This document shows positions 1 through 14,300 of a stretch of 64,000 nucleotides of DNA, one piece after another. A program made the translations under genes and the position numbers. The stretch spans positions 6,386,001-6,450,000 of the forward strand of contig JBHGNT010000022.1 of the NCBI GenBank assembly GCA_043228905.1, written 5' to 3'. Source of the DNA: Azolla caroliniana. Taxonomy: Eukaryota; Plantae; Polypodiophyta. The notes beneath the pieces were generated by a model. The model did no database searches. It was not told the DNA's origin and saw nothing but the letters and a program-made list of their open reading frames with translations. Position 1 is the first letter of the stretch. Each line of letters begins with the position of its first letter.

Positions 1-1851
1 GGAGTCAAAAGACCGGACAAGATCGATGTCGCGATTTGGGAGGTGATCCACATGAAGATGATGACATACATTCGATGCTTCATTGACATGAGCCTGTACA
101 ACAACTTTAATGAAGAGAGTAAGGCTCATGTGCTCTAGGAGAAAATTGGTACCATGCTAGAGAGTAAAAACGTTGTGAATCAGGTCTCAGTATTTCGGAA
201 GCTAGTGAGACTCTGATATCAATATGGATCCAGTATAACAGAGCACATGAATGCCTTCCAGGGGCTAATAAACCAAACAACCTCATTGGAAGTACCTGTA
301 GCTGATAAGGTACTCGCGCTACTGCTACTCGATTCCCTCCTAGATAGTTGGGAGATGCTAGTTGTCACTTTGGGCAACACCAGGACGGAAGGGAAACACC
401 TATACCTAACGAGGATGAAATCAAGCCTGCTCGATGAAGAAGCTCGCCGGAAAGACCGAGAGTCTGGAACCGATCCGAAGGCCTTGGCCTTGGTTACGGA
501 AGACAACCATAACCGAGGAAGAGGCCGGAATCAGAGTCCCCAAAACCGGGAAAAGTCGGGGATGAGGTCGAAGTCAAGGGGAGGCACACCTGCTTCTATT
601 GTGGGAAGCCGGGGCACTTCCAAAAGAATTGCTGACACTTCTGAAAGGAGAAAGGAACCGACAATGCCGACTCAAAGAAGGGTTCGGACTGAACAAGTTC
701 AGATTAGAAAGGAACGTCGGCAATCGCGACAAGTGAAGAAGAATTGTTGCTTATCACCGAGGAGAGCGAGAGCGAGCCACACCTTGTCAGTGACGAAACG
801 ACGTGGGTGGTCGACTCCACAACGTCGTTCCATTTGACCCCGGACCGGAAATGCTTCTCATCGTACAGAGCCGGAGATCACGGTTGTGTCTGGATGGGAA
901 ATGAAGGTGCATGCCGAATTGTCGGCATAGGAGACGTGTTGCTGACAACATCAATCGGGTGCAAGTTGTTGTTGAAGGATGTCCGACATGTTTCGGAGGT
1001 TCAGTTGAACCTGATATCAGCCGGTCAGTCGGTTGATGAAGGCTACACAGGTAGCATCCCGGAACGATGTCATGAAGTTCAGCAAAGGAAGCCTAATCAT
1101 GAACCGAGCCTGGAAAATCAACACTCTATACCTGATGCATGCTTGGATATGCCGGGAAGAAGTGAATGTGGCATCCGACAATGTCGGTGAGCTGTGACAC
1201 AACCTCTTGTGCCACAAGCCAAAAAGGGATGCGTAAACTTGCCGGGGGTAACCTCATTCCAGAGGTGAAAGACGTGCAGCTTGAGAGTGTGCACTGATTG
1301 CTTGCCCGACAAGCAAAACCGAACCTCTTTCCGGTCGAGACCACCGACGAGACGGAATGCACTGATGGAACTTGTGCATACTGATGTATGCCAAGTGGAC
1401 ACAAAGTCAAATGCCGGATCGCAGTACTTCGTGACATTCATAAAAGAACATAACCGGAAGTTGTGGGTCTCACCACTAAAGATGAAGGACCAAGTATTAT
1501 CTGTCTTCAAGGAATTCCACGTCAGGGTGGAAAGGGAAACCGGCCGGAAGCTCAAGGCAATTCGAGCAGACAACCGGGGGGGAATATCGGGGGTAGTTCG
1601 AGTAGTAGTGCCAGTTGATGGGAATCCGACTCAAATTCACTGTGCCAAAGACATCGGAGCTGAACAGATTGGCCTCAAGGATGAACCAGACTGTGGTGGA
1701 GAGAGTCTGAAGCATGTTGGCACATGCTAAGTTGTCCAAGACTTTCTGGGCTGAGGCGCTGATGACGGCGACTTACGTGATAAATCGATCACCCTCACCA
1801 CCCTTGGACGGAGACACACCATAGAGAGTATGGACTGGTAAGGAAGTGTCT
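1..1851 (+). mobile_element. Ty1/copia (Tnt1-like, family A) internal fragment: gag, zinc knuckle, protease, GAG-pre-integrase, integrase; degenerate, truncated on the right
   Basis: ORFs 247-837 (gag LALLLLDSLLDSWE), 744-1190 (protease WVVDS..SFH) and 1281-1730 (ELVHTDVC, IRADN, then KTFWAEA); frameshifts and stops; homologous to copies at 30200-38593 and 52146-54810. Confidence 0.93.
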
Positions 1852-2165
1852 TTCTTCACGAGGGAAAACTCTTCTTCATCTACCTTCTCTCACAAGTCGT
1901 GATACCTCCTTTTTATATGCTTGGTCTGAGAGTGATATGTAGTGTTCTTTGCAAGATGTATGGCACTTTGATTATCACAGTGGAGCAAGATTTCTTCTTG
2001 CTTCATCCCGAGTTCATTGAGGAAACTTTTCATCCAAATCAGCTCCTTGCCGGCCTATACCGCTACCATGTACTCTGCCTCTGTGGTCGACAAAGCTACA
2101 GACTTCTACAATCGTGACTGCCATGACACTACTTTCCCTGCATAGTTCATCACGTACCCTGATGT
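1852..2165 (-). mobile_element. Ty1/copia family A RNase H fragment, inverted relative to the preceding fragment
   Basis: Reverse strand reads TSGYVMNYAGKVVSWQS...DNQSAIHLAKNTTYHSQTKHI; homologous to 54400-54670. Confidence 0.85.
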
Positions 2166-2818
2166 TGTCGTGCCTTTCAGCTCCGGATCGTTGCGTAAGT
2201 CGGGTGGGAACCACTAAGGTTTTGGACTAGGAGAAAGAAGAATATGAGATAAGGCTAGTAATGAATAGGTAGAAAGAGAGGTAAGTTATGAATCTCATGA
2301 ATCCCACGAATATATTATATTGGTCCTTCCTTACAAAATAATCAACCCCCATATACATCTTTCTCTCCTCCTTATATAAGGATGGGAGAGACTAAGCATA
2401 GCTTCCTGCTTTTCTAAAGTGTTCATGCACACTAAATGTGCATGAGTTGCTTTTTCAACTATGCTTTTATTTCCTAAATATAGTGCTCATGCACACTAGA
2501 TGTGCACGAGTATTTTTTTATTGGTTTATATATTTCTTGTAAATAAGGTATTCACGCACTCTAAAAATGCATGATTTACCTTTTAATAAAGGTAGGCATA
2601 AATAAAAGTCTTATACCTATTAAATCTATATTTATAACACTTATGATAAGTTAATACAATGGTAAAGTTTTGGTTTATTTACATGGAGGTACAAGGTTTG
2701 AATCCTGCCCTATGCATGTAATAAATATTTTAATATTTTCTTTTATTTATATATATGTACTTAAATCGGATATAATATTTTTACATTTTTCACATAGTGT
2801 GCGGACTACACTACGACA
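2166..2818 (-). repeat. 3' LTR of outer gypsy (653 bp)
   Basis: Direct repeat of 18380-19100; adjacent polypurine tract GAAGGGGGCAAG on the minus strand at 2819-2830. Confidence 0.92.
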
Positions 2819-5800
2819 CTTGCCCCCTTCGAACCCGCACATCCTCCGGTATGTGCCGAAGTTCCCGATGCATGTTATTTGTCTTTATCCGTAGCACTCT
2901 CCGATTCTCCCCTCATGTCGACTACGAGTTGTAGTCCACTTTCTTGGCTTTCCGTATCACTGCGATCTTTGTCCGGTTGCTCCTCGATGTTGGTCTTGTC
3001 TAGGGTTACATAGGGTTCTTCGTCAGTCCGCTTCTTGAAAATCTTCACCCGTTTCCCAGCTATAGGCACCCGTAGTATTGTTCTATCCAACTTGCATAGT
3101 CGATAAGTTCTGTTGTCGAAAACTTTCCGAACCTCGTATGGCCCAAACCACCTTTTCGCGAACTTCCGTATCATTGTATGTTGATGATCCAGACTACTGT
3201 CATAGACAATCACCCAATCTCCTTCTTCAATCTTCCGCAGTCGTAGTCGATGCTTTGTGTTGAATCGGCTTTTGTTCCGGAATCACGTTTCCTGTTGTTA
3301 GCATGTTGCTTCCGCTATGTCTTCCAGTCTTCCCTCTAGTTGTCGTATCCGGACTACTAGTAGTTCTTCCTGGCTCATCTCTTCCTTCCACGGCAACACT
3401 GTCCATGTCACAATTGCGGTTTCCGTCGGCATTACCGGTGCTTGTCCGGTCATGAGTTCGGCTGACATAAAACCGGTCACGGAACTATGCGTCGTATGAT
3501 CCGCCCATAGTGCATACGGGAGCATCTGCGGCCAATCCTTCACCCTTCCGTCGCATGCTTTTGCCAATGCGTTGACGATTGGACTATGTCCTCGTTCGAT
3601 CTTCCTGTTGGCTTCCGGATTGTATGCCGTTGTTAGTGTTAACCAAACTCCATGTTTGGTGAAGGATTTCCTAGCTTTATCAGAGTCGAGTTCTCCGCGA
3701 TCCGCAATCACTTGTCCTACGCACCCGTACCTGCAAAACACTACTTCCAAAAGAAATTGGCATACCGCAGAACACGTTTTCCTTCGTAGTGCTCGACCTT
3801 CTACTTGGTTTGTGAGATCTTCCCGAGCTAACACCAAGTACTTCTTTTGTCGGATCACGGTTGACATGGCTACAATGTCGATCATCCATTTGAAGTTGAT
3901 TTTCGGTGAGAATGTCGGATGTAACTCATCTCAGTGTCCAACCCCGGAGTAGACTTGGCATTTCTTGCAACTTTCCGTGAACTCTGCGACATCTTTGTAC
4001 ATATTCTTCCACCAATATCTTTGCTTGATCTTCACAAATGTTGCCCATGTTCCCCGATGTCCAGCCCAATCGGATTCGTGAAATTCAGACATTATTTGGT
4101 TTCGTTGCTCTTTTGTCCCGAGTACTCGAAGTGGTATGCCATCCGGTCTTTTCGGCTCCCTCCATATTAATCCATTTTTCAAGAAGAACTTTCGGACTTG
4201 TTGCTTCTTACTTCGGATCTCGGCTCTCTTCTCTTTATTGTCCGATGATTCCTCGATTTCTTGTAGCATTTTCCCAATCAGCAAGCTTTCTCCCTTGTAT
4301 TCTTCTTCCCGGAATTCTTGGATTACGTTCACCCGGCATATGTGCTCCGAAGCAAAGTAGTCTTCGGAAACTTCTTCATTATCGGATTCGGTTATGTCGT
4401 CTTCGAACCGCACCCTTGATAGCATATCCGCTACCGCATTGTCTTTTATGGAGATGTGTCATACCTCTAGATTAAGTGACTTAACATATGCAATCCACCT
4501 TAGCATAGCCACATCCGGTATAGTACAACACCGTATCATCCTGACTATCGGAAAACAATCCGTTTCGATCACTACTTCGGCTCCGATCAAATAATCTCGA
4601 TCCGATTTGATTGCCAACACGACTCCCCATAATTCTCTTTTGACTTTGTGCATACCCGTGTTGCCTTTCGTTGAGAACCTTTGCTCCGAATCGGATTAGA
4701 TATCGCGAACCATCCGAGTCGGCTTGATTGATGACCCATCCGATTCCGGTTGGACTTGTGTCAACCGTTACTATGATCGGTCGGTCATAGCTCGGCTTCT
4801 TAAGTGATTCCTCCCTCCGTAGTGTTTTCTTAAGCTTCTTCATGGCTTGGTATGTTCCGGTCTCCATTTGAACTTCTTACCCTTCCGCAACAAGTGATAG
4901 AGTGGGTCCTCAATATGTGCATAGTGCGGAATCCATATGTGATAGAATGCACATGCTCCAAGAAACCTTTGGATTTCGGATTGTGACTCGCATACTTCTT
5001 TCATAGCTTGAATCGCATCGATCTGGTTGGTGACAGTCTTCGGCCGTAGGGCCCACATAGATGTCCGACTACCAATATTTCTTCTTGTTCGAATGCCGAT
5101 TTCTCTCCCGAAAGTGTTAGGTGCACATCTTCTAACTTTCATAGCACTTTCTCGCAATCACGAATATGGTCGACTACAAACTGTCGGCATCCCCGATCAT
5201 CCATAGTCTCATCCTTTTCTTCCACCACACATCCTTTCATCGGAATGTCATCTAGGAGCGACATCGTTATCTCCGGAATGCAGTCTCGGAACACCTTGTT
5301 CATTGCATTCATCATATGTGCGACCGAGTTCATTGCGCCTTGTGGTAGTGTGCACATACAGACTAATCCTATCGGTGTTTGCATGGTAGTGATGTCTCGG
5401 CTCTCCACGGCTAGTTGGAATTGGTCATACCCGGAGTATAGGTCTTCGATGGAGTATATCGCGCATCCGGCAAATGCTACCGCAAATTTGTCCACTATCG
5501 GACCAACTCCGGAGTTCTGGATCATGACCTTGTTCACCGGTTGTAAGTCTTGAATAAACTGGAGTGACCCATTCTTCTTTGGAACCATAAACCATCGATT
5601 TGAGTATGGAGCATTTGATGGCTCTAGAATCCCCATCGCCACCTTCTCGTTGAGCAAGTCGATGAATTTTGGAATATGTGCCTATGGCACCGGAATTGGC
5701 TTCAGGTTCCACAACACATGATCAATCATGAAGATCACCATCGCCTCCACTATCTTCGGATCAATGCACCCTATCTCCTTCGATGTGAATGCAAATGTTT

Positions 5801-7886
5801 TTCCATGTTATTCCAACATCTCACGAAACCGTTCTTCTTCTTTTTGTAAGAGGAAACCACCTCCACCGATCCGATGTTTTTTCCAGGTCTCATCCATGAA
5901 GGCATGTCCGATATCCACGGACTTTTGAAGTGTCGGATCTCCTGAGACTTCTTTCTTTTGTTCGCTATCGGCGGGTAGCGGTCCCGCGGCCGGTTTCACT
6001 TTCTTCTCCACGGTCTTGTATTTCGTACTTACCATTGCTTTTTCTTTGCGGAGCGCAGCCGGCCCCATTTTCGCAATGATCTCATACATCTCGACTGATT
6101 CCACCGGAACTACCCGGTCTCCCTAGCTATTTTCTTTCGCAAGCTCTTCAAGCCGTTGTAGTGTGCTCCCATAGAACACTTCTTCGACTACTCCCACGAT
6201 TTCTTCGTCTTCTTTTATTATTGATGCCGACCATAACTTATCCTCTACTTTTCGGTATTCTTTCTTCATTCCTCCGGTTACGACCATGTATGTAGATGCC
6301 CCATCCGGACCGATTCGTACTTGTTTTGCTCCGAGAGTTTTCTTCCTATGTGGGGTATCAGGGCTTCTTGGACTATCACTTCCCCACTCCGCAACAGTCC
6401 GCTCTAAAAATCCATATTTGTTTGGGACAAGAGCTCCCTCTTGTTCCTTTCATGATTCGTAGGCACAGTTAGGAATTGGACGGATTTCCCTCCGCTTTGA
6501 CTCCGAATTCGTGCGAAAGCCACACCACTATCGAGCACCTTTGTCTCCATCCGTGACGTCGTGATAAAGGGTTGCCCGAGGATCACGGAGTGTGAGACCT
6601 CATCTTGCATGAAGAAATTTTGGCTTATCTCCACATCTACGATCTTCACCGTCACATCCGGACAAGCTGCTTCTGTTGCTTTAGTGGCTGCCCGGATCTT
6701 CCATCCATGATTAGTGTTAATAGGCCACTTCCCCTTCCGATAGAACTCCTTGGACATCAAGTGGATCTCCGATCCATGATCAATCAATGCTAGCACGGGA
6801 CCGGCTCTTTGATGTTGCCGATTCGGACCGGAGTCTCCGTAGTTGTACGTGCCCAATGTGGCCTTGAGAAGTGGGAGTTCGGAATTTCGTCCTCCAATTC
6901 TGTGTCATTCATTAAAACAGTATTTGCATTCACCCTTGGAGCATTTTCCTTTGTACTTTGTCTTTTCCTGTTCACAAGATCCACAAGAAGATCATGGAAC
7001 TCCTTCTTCGCTATTTCGAGTAATTCCCGAAGCGAAAATTCTACTCGACTATCGAGGATTCTCTCCTCGAACACCGTTTTCAAGTCCGTTTGTTGTTCGA
7101 TATCCGAGGCGAGCTTGAATGCCAGAATCGTCTTTACTTTTCCCTTCCCTCCGGAGTTCTAGTTTTCCAGTGTCTTCGATGATCCGGTCGCATCATCCGT
7201 GCGCCGTCGTTTCTCGTCTATATACACTTCATGCAATTGACATAAGGCGTACACGCTATTCTTATCGACGTGGCACTCCCATCCCGTAGCTTCACGGATG
7301 CCTTCCGCGGTGCTTAGGATCTCATTAGAGTCAGTTTCTCGGGGTTTTCTAGCACATCTAGCCAAAAAGACGCCTTTGCTCCCGATGACTCACCCACACT
7401 TATTCCCGCAGTTCTCGCATAATTACCTTTCGCCACTATTTCCTCCTCTAGGACCTTCTTCATGCCGCCTTTCTGAAAGTTCAGTCGGAGTGGCTTCCGA
7501 GAGTCCATCAAATGAATCTGATTTCCCTCATAGTAGATAAGATCTTGTCGTAACGCCTCGTTATGCTCGTCACAATCCCTCCGATCATGTTCGGTGCTAT
7601 CACACCATATATACCGACGGTCCATATACTTGGAACTTGTGGGATGGTCATCCAACTTCTTCACCATTGCGATTTTTAGATTCTCCATCTCCTTCAGCAA
7701 CTGCTCCACAGTGGTTGCGTCGATTCCCTTCTCGGTCGTAATCTCCCGAGCCCACGGTTGATGGTATTCCAATCTGGATCTCGGTTTCAGAATCGGTTCC
7801 GAAACCCTCTTTTCTTTGTTAGCAAGCCATTGCCCCCTCTTTGTGTATCGTGTGACGATATCTCGGACGTTATCCCATGTATCGGT

Positions 7887-8318
7887 TGTTACCGGCCGGC
7901 AAAGGAGTCCAGAGTGTGAAACGGGGAGTTATTTAATTAGTAGGAATGGTTATAAGTAAGCTATGAGTGTGGACGGACGGACCGGAATCGGTATGCCGTT
8001 CCGGATCCGAACCAATCCTGAACAGGTGCGGATGGCACCGTTTTGTAATACAGACCGGAAACCTATTTAAAGGGCCGGATACAATGTAATGAATAGCGGT
8101 TAATTAATAAAGCTTAGTGTTGTTATCTCTCTGTGTTAATTGCCGTTCTGCATTCATTGTTATATCTTACACGTGTGATTATTAAAGACGATCATGCTAA
8201 GTAACCTAATTAAGTCGGATTAATCGTTGAGTCTAATCCTGTTGCCGTAACACCCTTTGGTGAAGTGTCTTCCATAGACACCCTGTGTTAGGCCATTGTC
8301 CGGCCCTAAGAGTTAACA
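7887..8318 (+). repeat. 5' LTR of nested gypsy
   Basis: About 13 substitutions versus 17350-17781 by eye (~3%), mostly transitions. Confidence 0.95.
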
Positions 8319-8325
8319 CAGTTTT

Positions 8326-8335
8326 TGGCGACCAC
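8326..8335 (+). other. Primer binding site, tRNA-Arg-like (TGGCGACCAC)
   Basis: 7 nt downstream of the 5' LTR; complementary to the recalled 3' end of plant tRNA-Arg(TCG) ...GTGGTCGCCA; only 10 nt match. Confidence 0.6.
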
Positions 8336-11300
8336 GATTCCTGTTTTTGTAGCGAACGACGGCACAGATGGATGACTAGATCAATGCACGACCTGGTTAC
8401 AGATCGAACTCGACGCCTTGCCGAAAGGCAAAGGAGACACGAGGCTTTCCAACAAGCGGCACAGGAAATTAGAGCGGATCGCTCGTTTTCCAACGTAATC
8501 CGGAGAGTAGCGGAGGACTCCCTTTGGTTACAGCAAACATCGCACCCGGACGACGGTAGTAGCCTAAGCAGCCTCCGGGAAACCGAATCCCTTCTCCAGG
8601 CGTTGGCAAACGGAGAAGGCGAAGCAGAAGCCTTTTCAGCGTATGAATTAGACTCTGAAGGGGAATACAACGTGCACACGAACTACCGTCGCAGCAACGA
8701 AACCCCGGGCGGACCGGAGGACGAAGGATCGGATACCTTACCGACACCGGAACCGGAAGTGCTAACGCTGGAACCCCCGGAACCAGCAGAGGAAGAGCGA
8801 CCTCCGACACCGGAAGTCAAAGAGGAGAGGCCTCCGTCACCAAAAGAAGAGGAAAAACCACCGACGCCGGCAACAAATTGGGAAAGACCACTGACGCCGG
8901 AGAAAATCCCGGAACGAGCACCAACACTGCCAACCCACGCACCGATACCGGACGACGACATGCCGTTCCCGGACTCCAAGTATAGAGATGATCCGGACGC
9001 GGAAGCTCATGTGCACACCTTTGCATAGACATGGGAAGCCAACCATGTGTCCCAGCGATTGACCCCGGATGAAGAGGAACGCTCTAAGATAGCGGAATTT
9101 GGTGTCACATTGGAGGGACCGGCAACAAGATAGCGCCGGACGCAGGACCCGTCTACCATCAACACCTTTGCAAATTTAAAAGCTAAATTCTTGCATTTTT
9201 TCCAAAACGAGGTGGACCAGACCGTAATGGTAGGCTTATTTTATACCATCCGATAGGAAGCAGGGGAGAGCATTCCCCAGTTTGTCATCCAGTTTCAACG
9301 GATGCATAGTCAGCTTGCCCGCGCACCCCCGGAGGAGGAATTACGGACTATATTCCTAAACGCGCTCCGGGAACCCCTACACACGGTTTGCACGGTAATT
9401 GACTTCCGCACAAGTACCATCGACCAGGTCATTGACCGGGTGAGAGAGATGGAAAAGACAAGCTCCTAGCTCACACTGGGAGCACTCCAACGAGCGTTAC
9501 TGTCCGATGAAGACCTCCGCTTTCGGCAAGCAATACAGTGCACAACTTGCTTGAATTCCGGACACTCGGCTCTAGAATGCACTATAAGGATGCAATGTGT
9601 AATCTGTCAATCCAAGGGCCATACGACGGATAGGTGCGAGTATAATCTATTGAGCCGGCAAGCACCGCCCGTCCGACAAATTGAGCCACACAGCAGCCAG
9701 GAGGAAGAAGAGGAACGCTGGCGGCGAATGGACCGCGACTGACCGGCACAGGATGTCCGGTATGGCGATCGACGGGAGAATGATGTTCGGTACGGTGATC
9801 GGCGAGATAACTATGACTGGCATGATCGGTACCGGGATTACAATAAACGATACGAACATTACGACCGGGAGCACTCCCCCGGGTATCGTCAGCAACGGGA
9901 GGAATACGGCAGATATAACGGGCAACCCCGTGAAGAGTACCGCAATAAGAAGAGCTATAACAAAAAACGGCATTTCAGAAAAGGCGGCTACCCACGGGAT
10001 CTGGAACAAGGAGCTTCAAGCAGCCAACCGGCCCAAAACCCCGCGCGTACCACAGGACCTGCCTCGGGTACAACAGACAATGCCGAATCCAGCAATACCC
10101 GGAAAGCCTACTGCTACTACTGCCGACAGGAAGGACATTATAGTAATCAATGCCCGGTGAAGAGCTATGAAAAACGACCGACGGTAAATATGGTAGTCCC
10201 TGAGGTGGCAGATCTGTAGCAGGTGACCACAAGGTCGAAGGGCATGGCCAAGGAATGGGAGACGCAGGAGACCATCCGGAAACAAGCGACGGAATGGGTG
10301 AAGAAAGCAAACGAGCAGAATGTCACAGACTTACAGCGGCAAAAGGAGAACACCGTAGGGCTTGCCGGCGGCAGTCACTCCGAGAACGAGACATGGCAGG
10401 CGTTGCAAGAATGCCAGATTACGCTGCCACTAGGAAGACTCCTGCAACTCGTGCCATGATTCACGGAAGGACTGACGGTGAATCATCACCGGCACCGGTA
10501 CTCTTCTCGAATCCGGAGGAGGGACCAACGGTGGTGGACACCAACAGTCCGGTAATCACTGCCATTGTAAAAGGGAAAGAACTCCCCGGCACAGTTATAG
10601 ATAGAGGCTCTGGGGTGAATGTAATAAGCGTCCGGACGTGTGATGCCCTAGGAATCCACGAGTGGGAGCCGTGTCCGTTCTGGTTGCGGATGGCCGATAC
10701 AAGCTCAGTGCGGCCGACAGGATTAATACGGAAATTAGAAGTCAACATGGGCGGTCATACATTTCACATCTCGGCAGTAGTTCTACAATTACAGGCACAA
10801 GGCGCATACCCGCTATTGCTGGGGCGGCCGTGGTTGAAAACGACACATATCAAATAGAATTGGAGGAAAAATATAATTACCTTCCGGCGAGGGAAAGCCA
10901 AGGTACGGGTACCAACACAGCCAAGGACGAGCACTGGCAAGGAATGTACACCGTTGTATGCAGAGTGCGTCAACATGCTAGAAGGGTTAGCTGACAAAGA
11001 AGAAGCTCAGTACTTGCAGGAAAACCCGAAGATCATACCCCTCTTCGAAATTGACATTGCCGAAGCAGTAGCACCATACTTACCGCAACCGGAAGAGGCT
11101 GAAGCAGAACCGGATAAAGACGCAATCCAGGAGTTACGGCAAGCGCAGGAAGCGTTGGAACGGGAAATGGCCGTTTCACAGCGCGTAAAAGCGTCGCAAC
11201 TGGAAGAGGTGAACCTAGGGACCACGGACGAAGCAAAACCGGTGCACATCGCCAAGGAGATGAAGTCTGAAGACAAAACGACGATGATCACACTTCTCAC

Positions 11301-14300
11301 AGAATTTCGCGATGTGTTCGCCTAGTCATACGTAGACATGCGAGAACTCGACCCTCAGTTATACCAGCATCAGGTTCACTTGAGCACGGACGCAAAACCA
11401 GTGGCACAAAGACGGTACCGGATGAATCCCAATTATGCTGCCAAAGTCAAGGAGGAAATCAACAAACCGCTATGGGTTGGCTTTATCCGTCTGGTAAAGA
11501 AAGTGACATGGCTGAGCCCGATCGTAGTCGTACCGAAGAAGAACGGAAAAATTCGAGTTTGTGTGGACTACCGGAAACTCAATGCAGCTATGGTAACGGA
11601 TGCATTTCCACTTCCGTTCACAGATGGAGTGTTGGATGCCGTCGCCGGCCATGAGGTCTATAGCTTCCTAGACGGATTCAGCGGGTATAATGAGATCCGG
11701 ATGCACCCCGACGACCAAGAGAAAACGACTTTCGTCACCGAATGGGGGGGGGTGTTTGTGGCCGTGGTGATGATGTTCGGACTCAAAACGGCACCGGCAA
11801 CATTTCAACGAATCATCATGGAAATCTTTGGTGAATATATTCCGGCTTTTATGCAGGTTTTCCTTGACGATTTCGCCGTCTATAGCCGGGAGGAGGACCA
11901 TTTTCAGCACCTCCGTCTTTGTCTAGAAAAGTGTAGATCGTACCGGCTAAGCTTGAATCCGGCAAAGTGTGTATTTGGCGTGTCCAGTGGAACTTTATTA
12001 GGACATATTGTGAGCCAGGAAGGAATTGCAGTCGACCCGGACAAAGTGAAAGCCATATTGGAAGCACCGGTGCCTGCAACGACAAAGGCATTAAGCCGGT
12101 TCTTAGGCCAGATCCGGTGGCACAGCCGGATGCTCCGATACTTGGCCGACCTGGCTACACCGTTGCATGCCGTCGTACATCGGACACCATTCCAGTGAAC
12201 CGACACCGAGGATAGGGCGTATAGGGCCCTCAAGGTACTATTGTCGCAAGCACCGGTAGTGCAGCCTCCGGATTGGAGTAAAGAATTTCATGTGTTCGTG
12301 GACGCCTCCGACATCGCAATCGGAAGCGTACTGATGCAGCTTACGGAGCCAAAGTGGTACCGGCCAGTGTACTATGCCAGCCGAAAACTATCCCAAGCAG
12401 AACGGAACTACTCTACCACGGAACGGGAAGCTCTAGGGATGATCTACAGTGTGACAAAGTTTCGGCATTATTTATTGGGAAGGAAGTTTTCCTTCCATGT
12501 AGATCATTCGGAAGGAAATTGGCCCGGTGGACCTTACTGTTACAGGAATTCGAGTTTGAAATATTGCACCGACCCAGTATACAGCATGCCGTGGCGGATT
12601 ACTTAAGCCGATTAGAGTCCGGAGAGACGGGTGACGGAGTAGCGGATGAGTTTCCGGATGCGGAGCTATTTCGAGTCACTACGGAAACGGTAGCAGATGA
12701 GTCGGTGGCACAGGAAGACAAGTGGCTCACAAATATGCACCAATTTCTCAGCACAGGACTGCCTCCGGAAGAGATGAACCAGGACGAACGGAAACGCCTG
12801 GCGGTGCAAAGCCGACATTTCTGCTTACTGCAAGACACACTTTACCACAAGGGCGCGGACGGCATATGGAGACGGGCTATGTGCAACGATGAAAAGGACC
12901 TGATACTGAGGGAAGCTCACTGCGGAGTTGCCGGAGGTCACTATGTCGGAGATGCGACGGCCAAGAAAATATGGCAAAGTGGCCTATGGTGGCCAACGAC
13001 ATTAAGAGATGCAGTACAGTACGCAAAAGAATGTGACCTATGCCAGCGAATGGGCCAGCCAACGGAGCAGGCTCGTATGCCACACCAGCCGGTACTACCA
13101 CTCGAGCCATTCCAGAAGTGGGGGCTGGACTTTGTTGGACCGTTCAAACCACCGGCAATGAGAACGAGTAATCGGTACGTCATCGTCGCGACGGATTACT
13201 GCACGAAATGGGTGGAGGCCAAAGCAATAAGAGACAACACCGTTGCGTCAACGATGAAATTTCTATACGAGTACATCTGGTGCTGTTACGGATGCCCAAT
13301 CGAATTAATAAGCGACCAAGGGGGGCACTTTCTCGGCCAAGTAGTGGAAAGCCTGACGACATTCTATGCCATTGTCCATAAACGGAGCACACCATACTAT
13401 CCGCAAGCAAACGGGTTAGCGGAATCAACGAACAAGACGCTCTAGAATATCCTCCGGAAGATCGTCAACGAAAACCGAACGGATTGGGATACCAAGCTAC
13501 ATAGCGCGCTTTGGGCATACCGGACGACATATAAAACGAGCATCCGCACAACACCGTTCCGGTTAGCGTTCGGACTAGAGGCGGTAATGCCGGTGGAATT
13601 CCAAGTACCCAGCTTACGGATCCAGCTACGGGAACGACTGAACAAGAAGGAGTCGGAGGCAATACGGTTAACAGTCTTGTGTGAACTCGAGGAACAACGA
13701 CTGGCAAGCATCCTACACTTAGAATTGGAACAACGGCGACGGAAAGCATTTGTCGACCGGCACAGAAAGGAAACGAAAAAATGTTTGCAATCGGCAAACC
13801 GGTGTTAGTATTTCAGACCCGGATGGGCAAGATGCCGGGTAAGGTACGGTTTAGATGGACCGGCCCGTATTGGTTGACACGTGAGTATAATGGATCCTAC
13901 CAGTTAGGGACACTTGCCGGCGAAGTGCTAGGCAAATGGGTCAACGGATTCCGATTGAAGCCATATAGAGGACCGATGCCTAAGAACCCATTTGAGCAAA
14001 GGACCGACACGGGTGAGGAAACGGCAACCTGTGAGGGGAACGACAACCACCAAGACGGAAGAGACGGCGAGCCGGTAACTGGGGAGAATGAGGCCGGTAA
14101 GGGTCCGAGAGGACCAATGGACAAGTAACGTCACACTAGTAATCATGCAAAAAAAAAAAAAAAAACGAAGTAATCATGCAAAAGCGAGGAATGAATGGAT
14201 GAAAGAGTAAGGAGCGAAAAGGTACGTAGTGGGCATTTAAAGCGCCACCACAGGACATAATGCTATTTTAGTACACGACGTGCACACACTCGAAAAAGGC

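Noticed and set aside
2162-2165. ATGT / ACGC (19101-19104) as a decayed 4-bp TSD of the outer gypsy
   Set aside because: It needs two changes in four bases, and the flanking host sequences are different genes on opposite strands.
2644-2716. Functional tRNA gene (also 18927-18998 and 27578-27640)
   Set aside because: Acceptor and anticodon stems cannot be folded convincingly; only box-like remnants remain.
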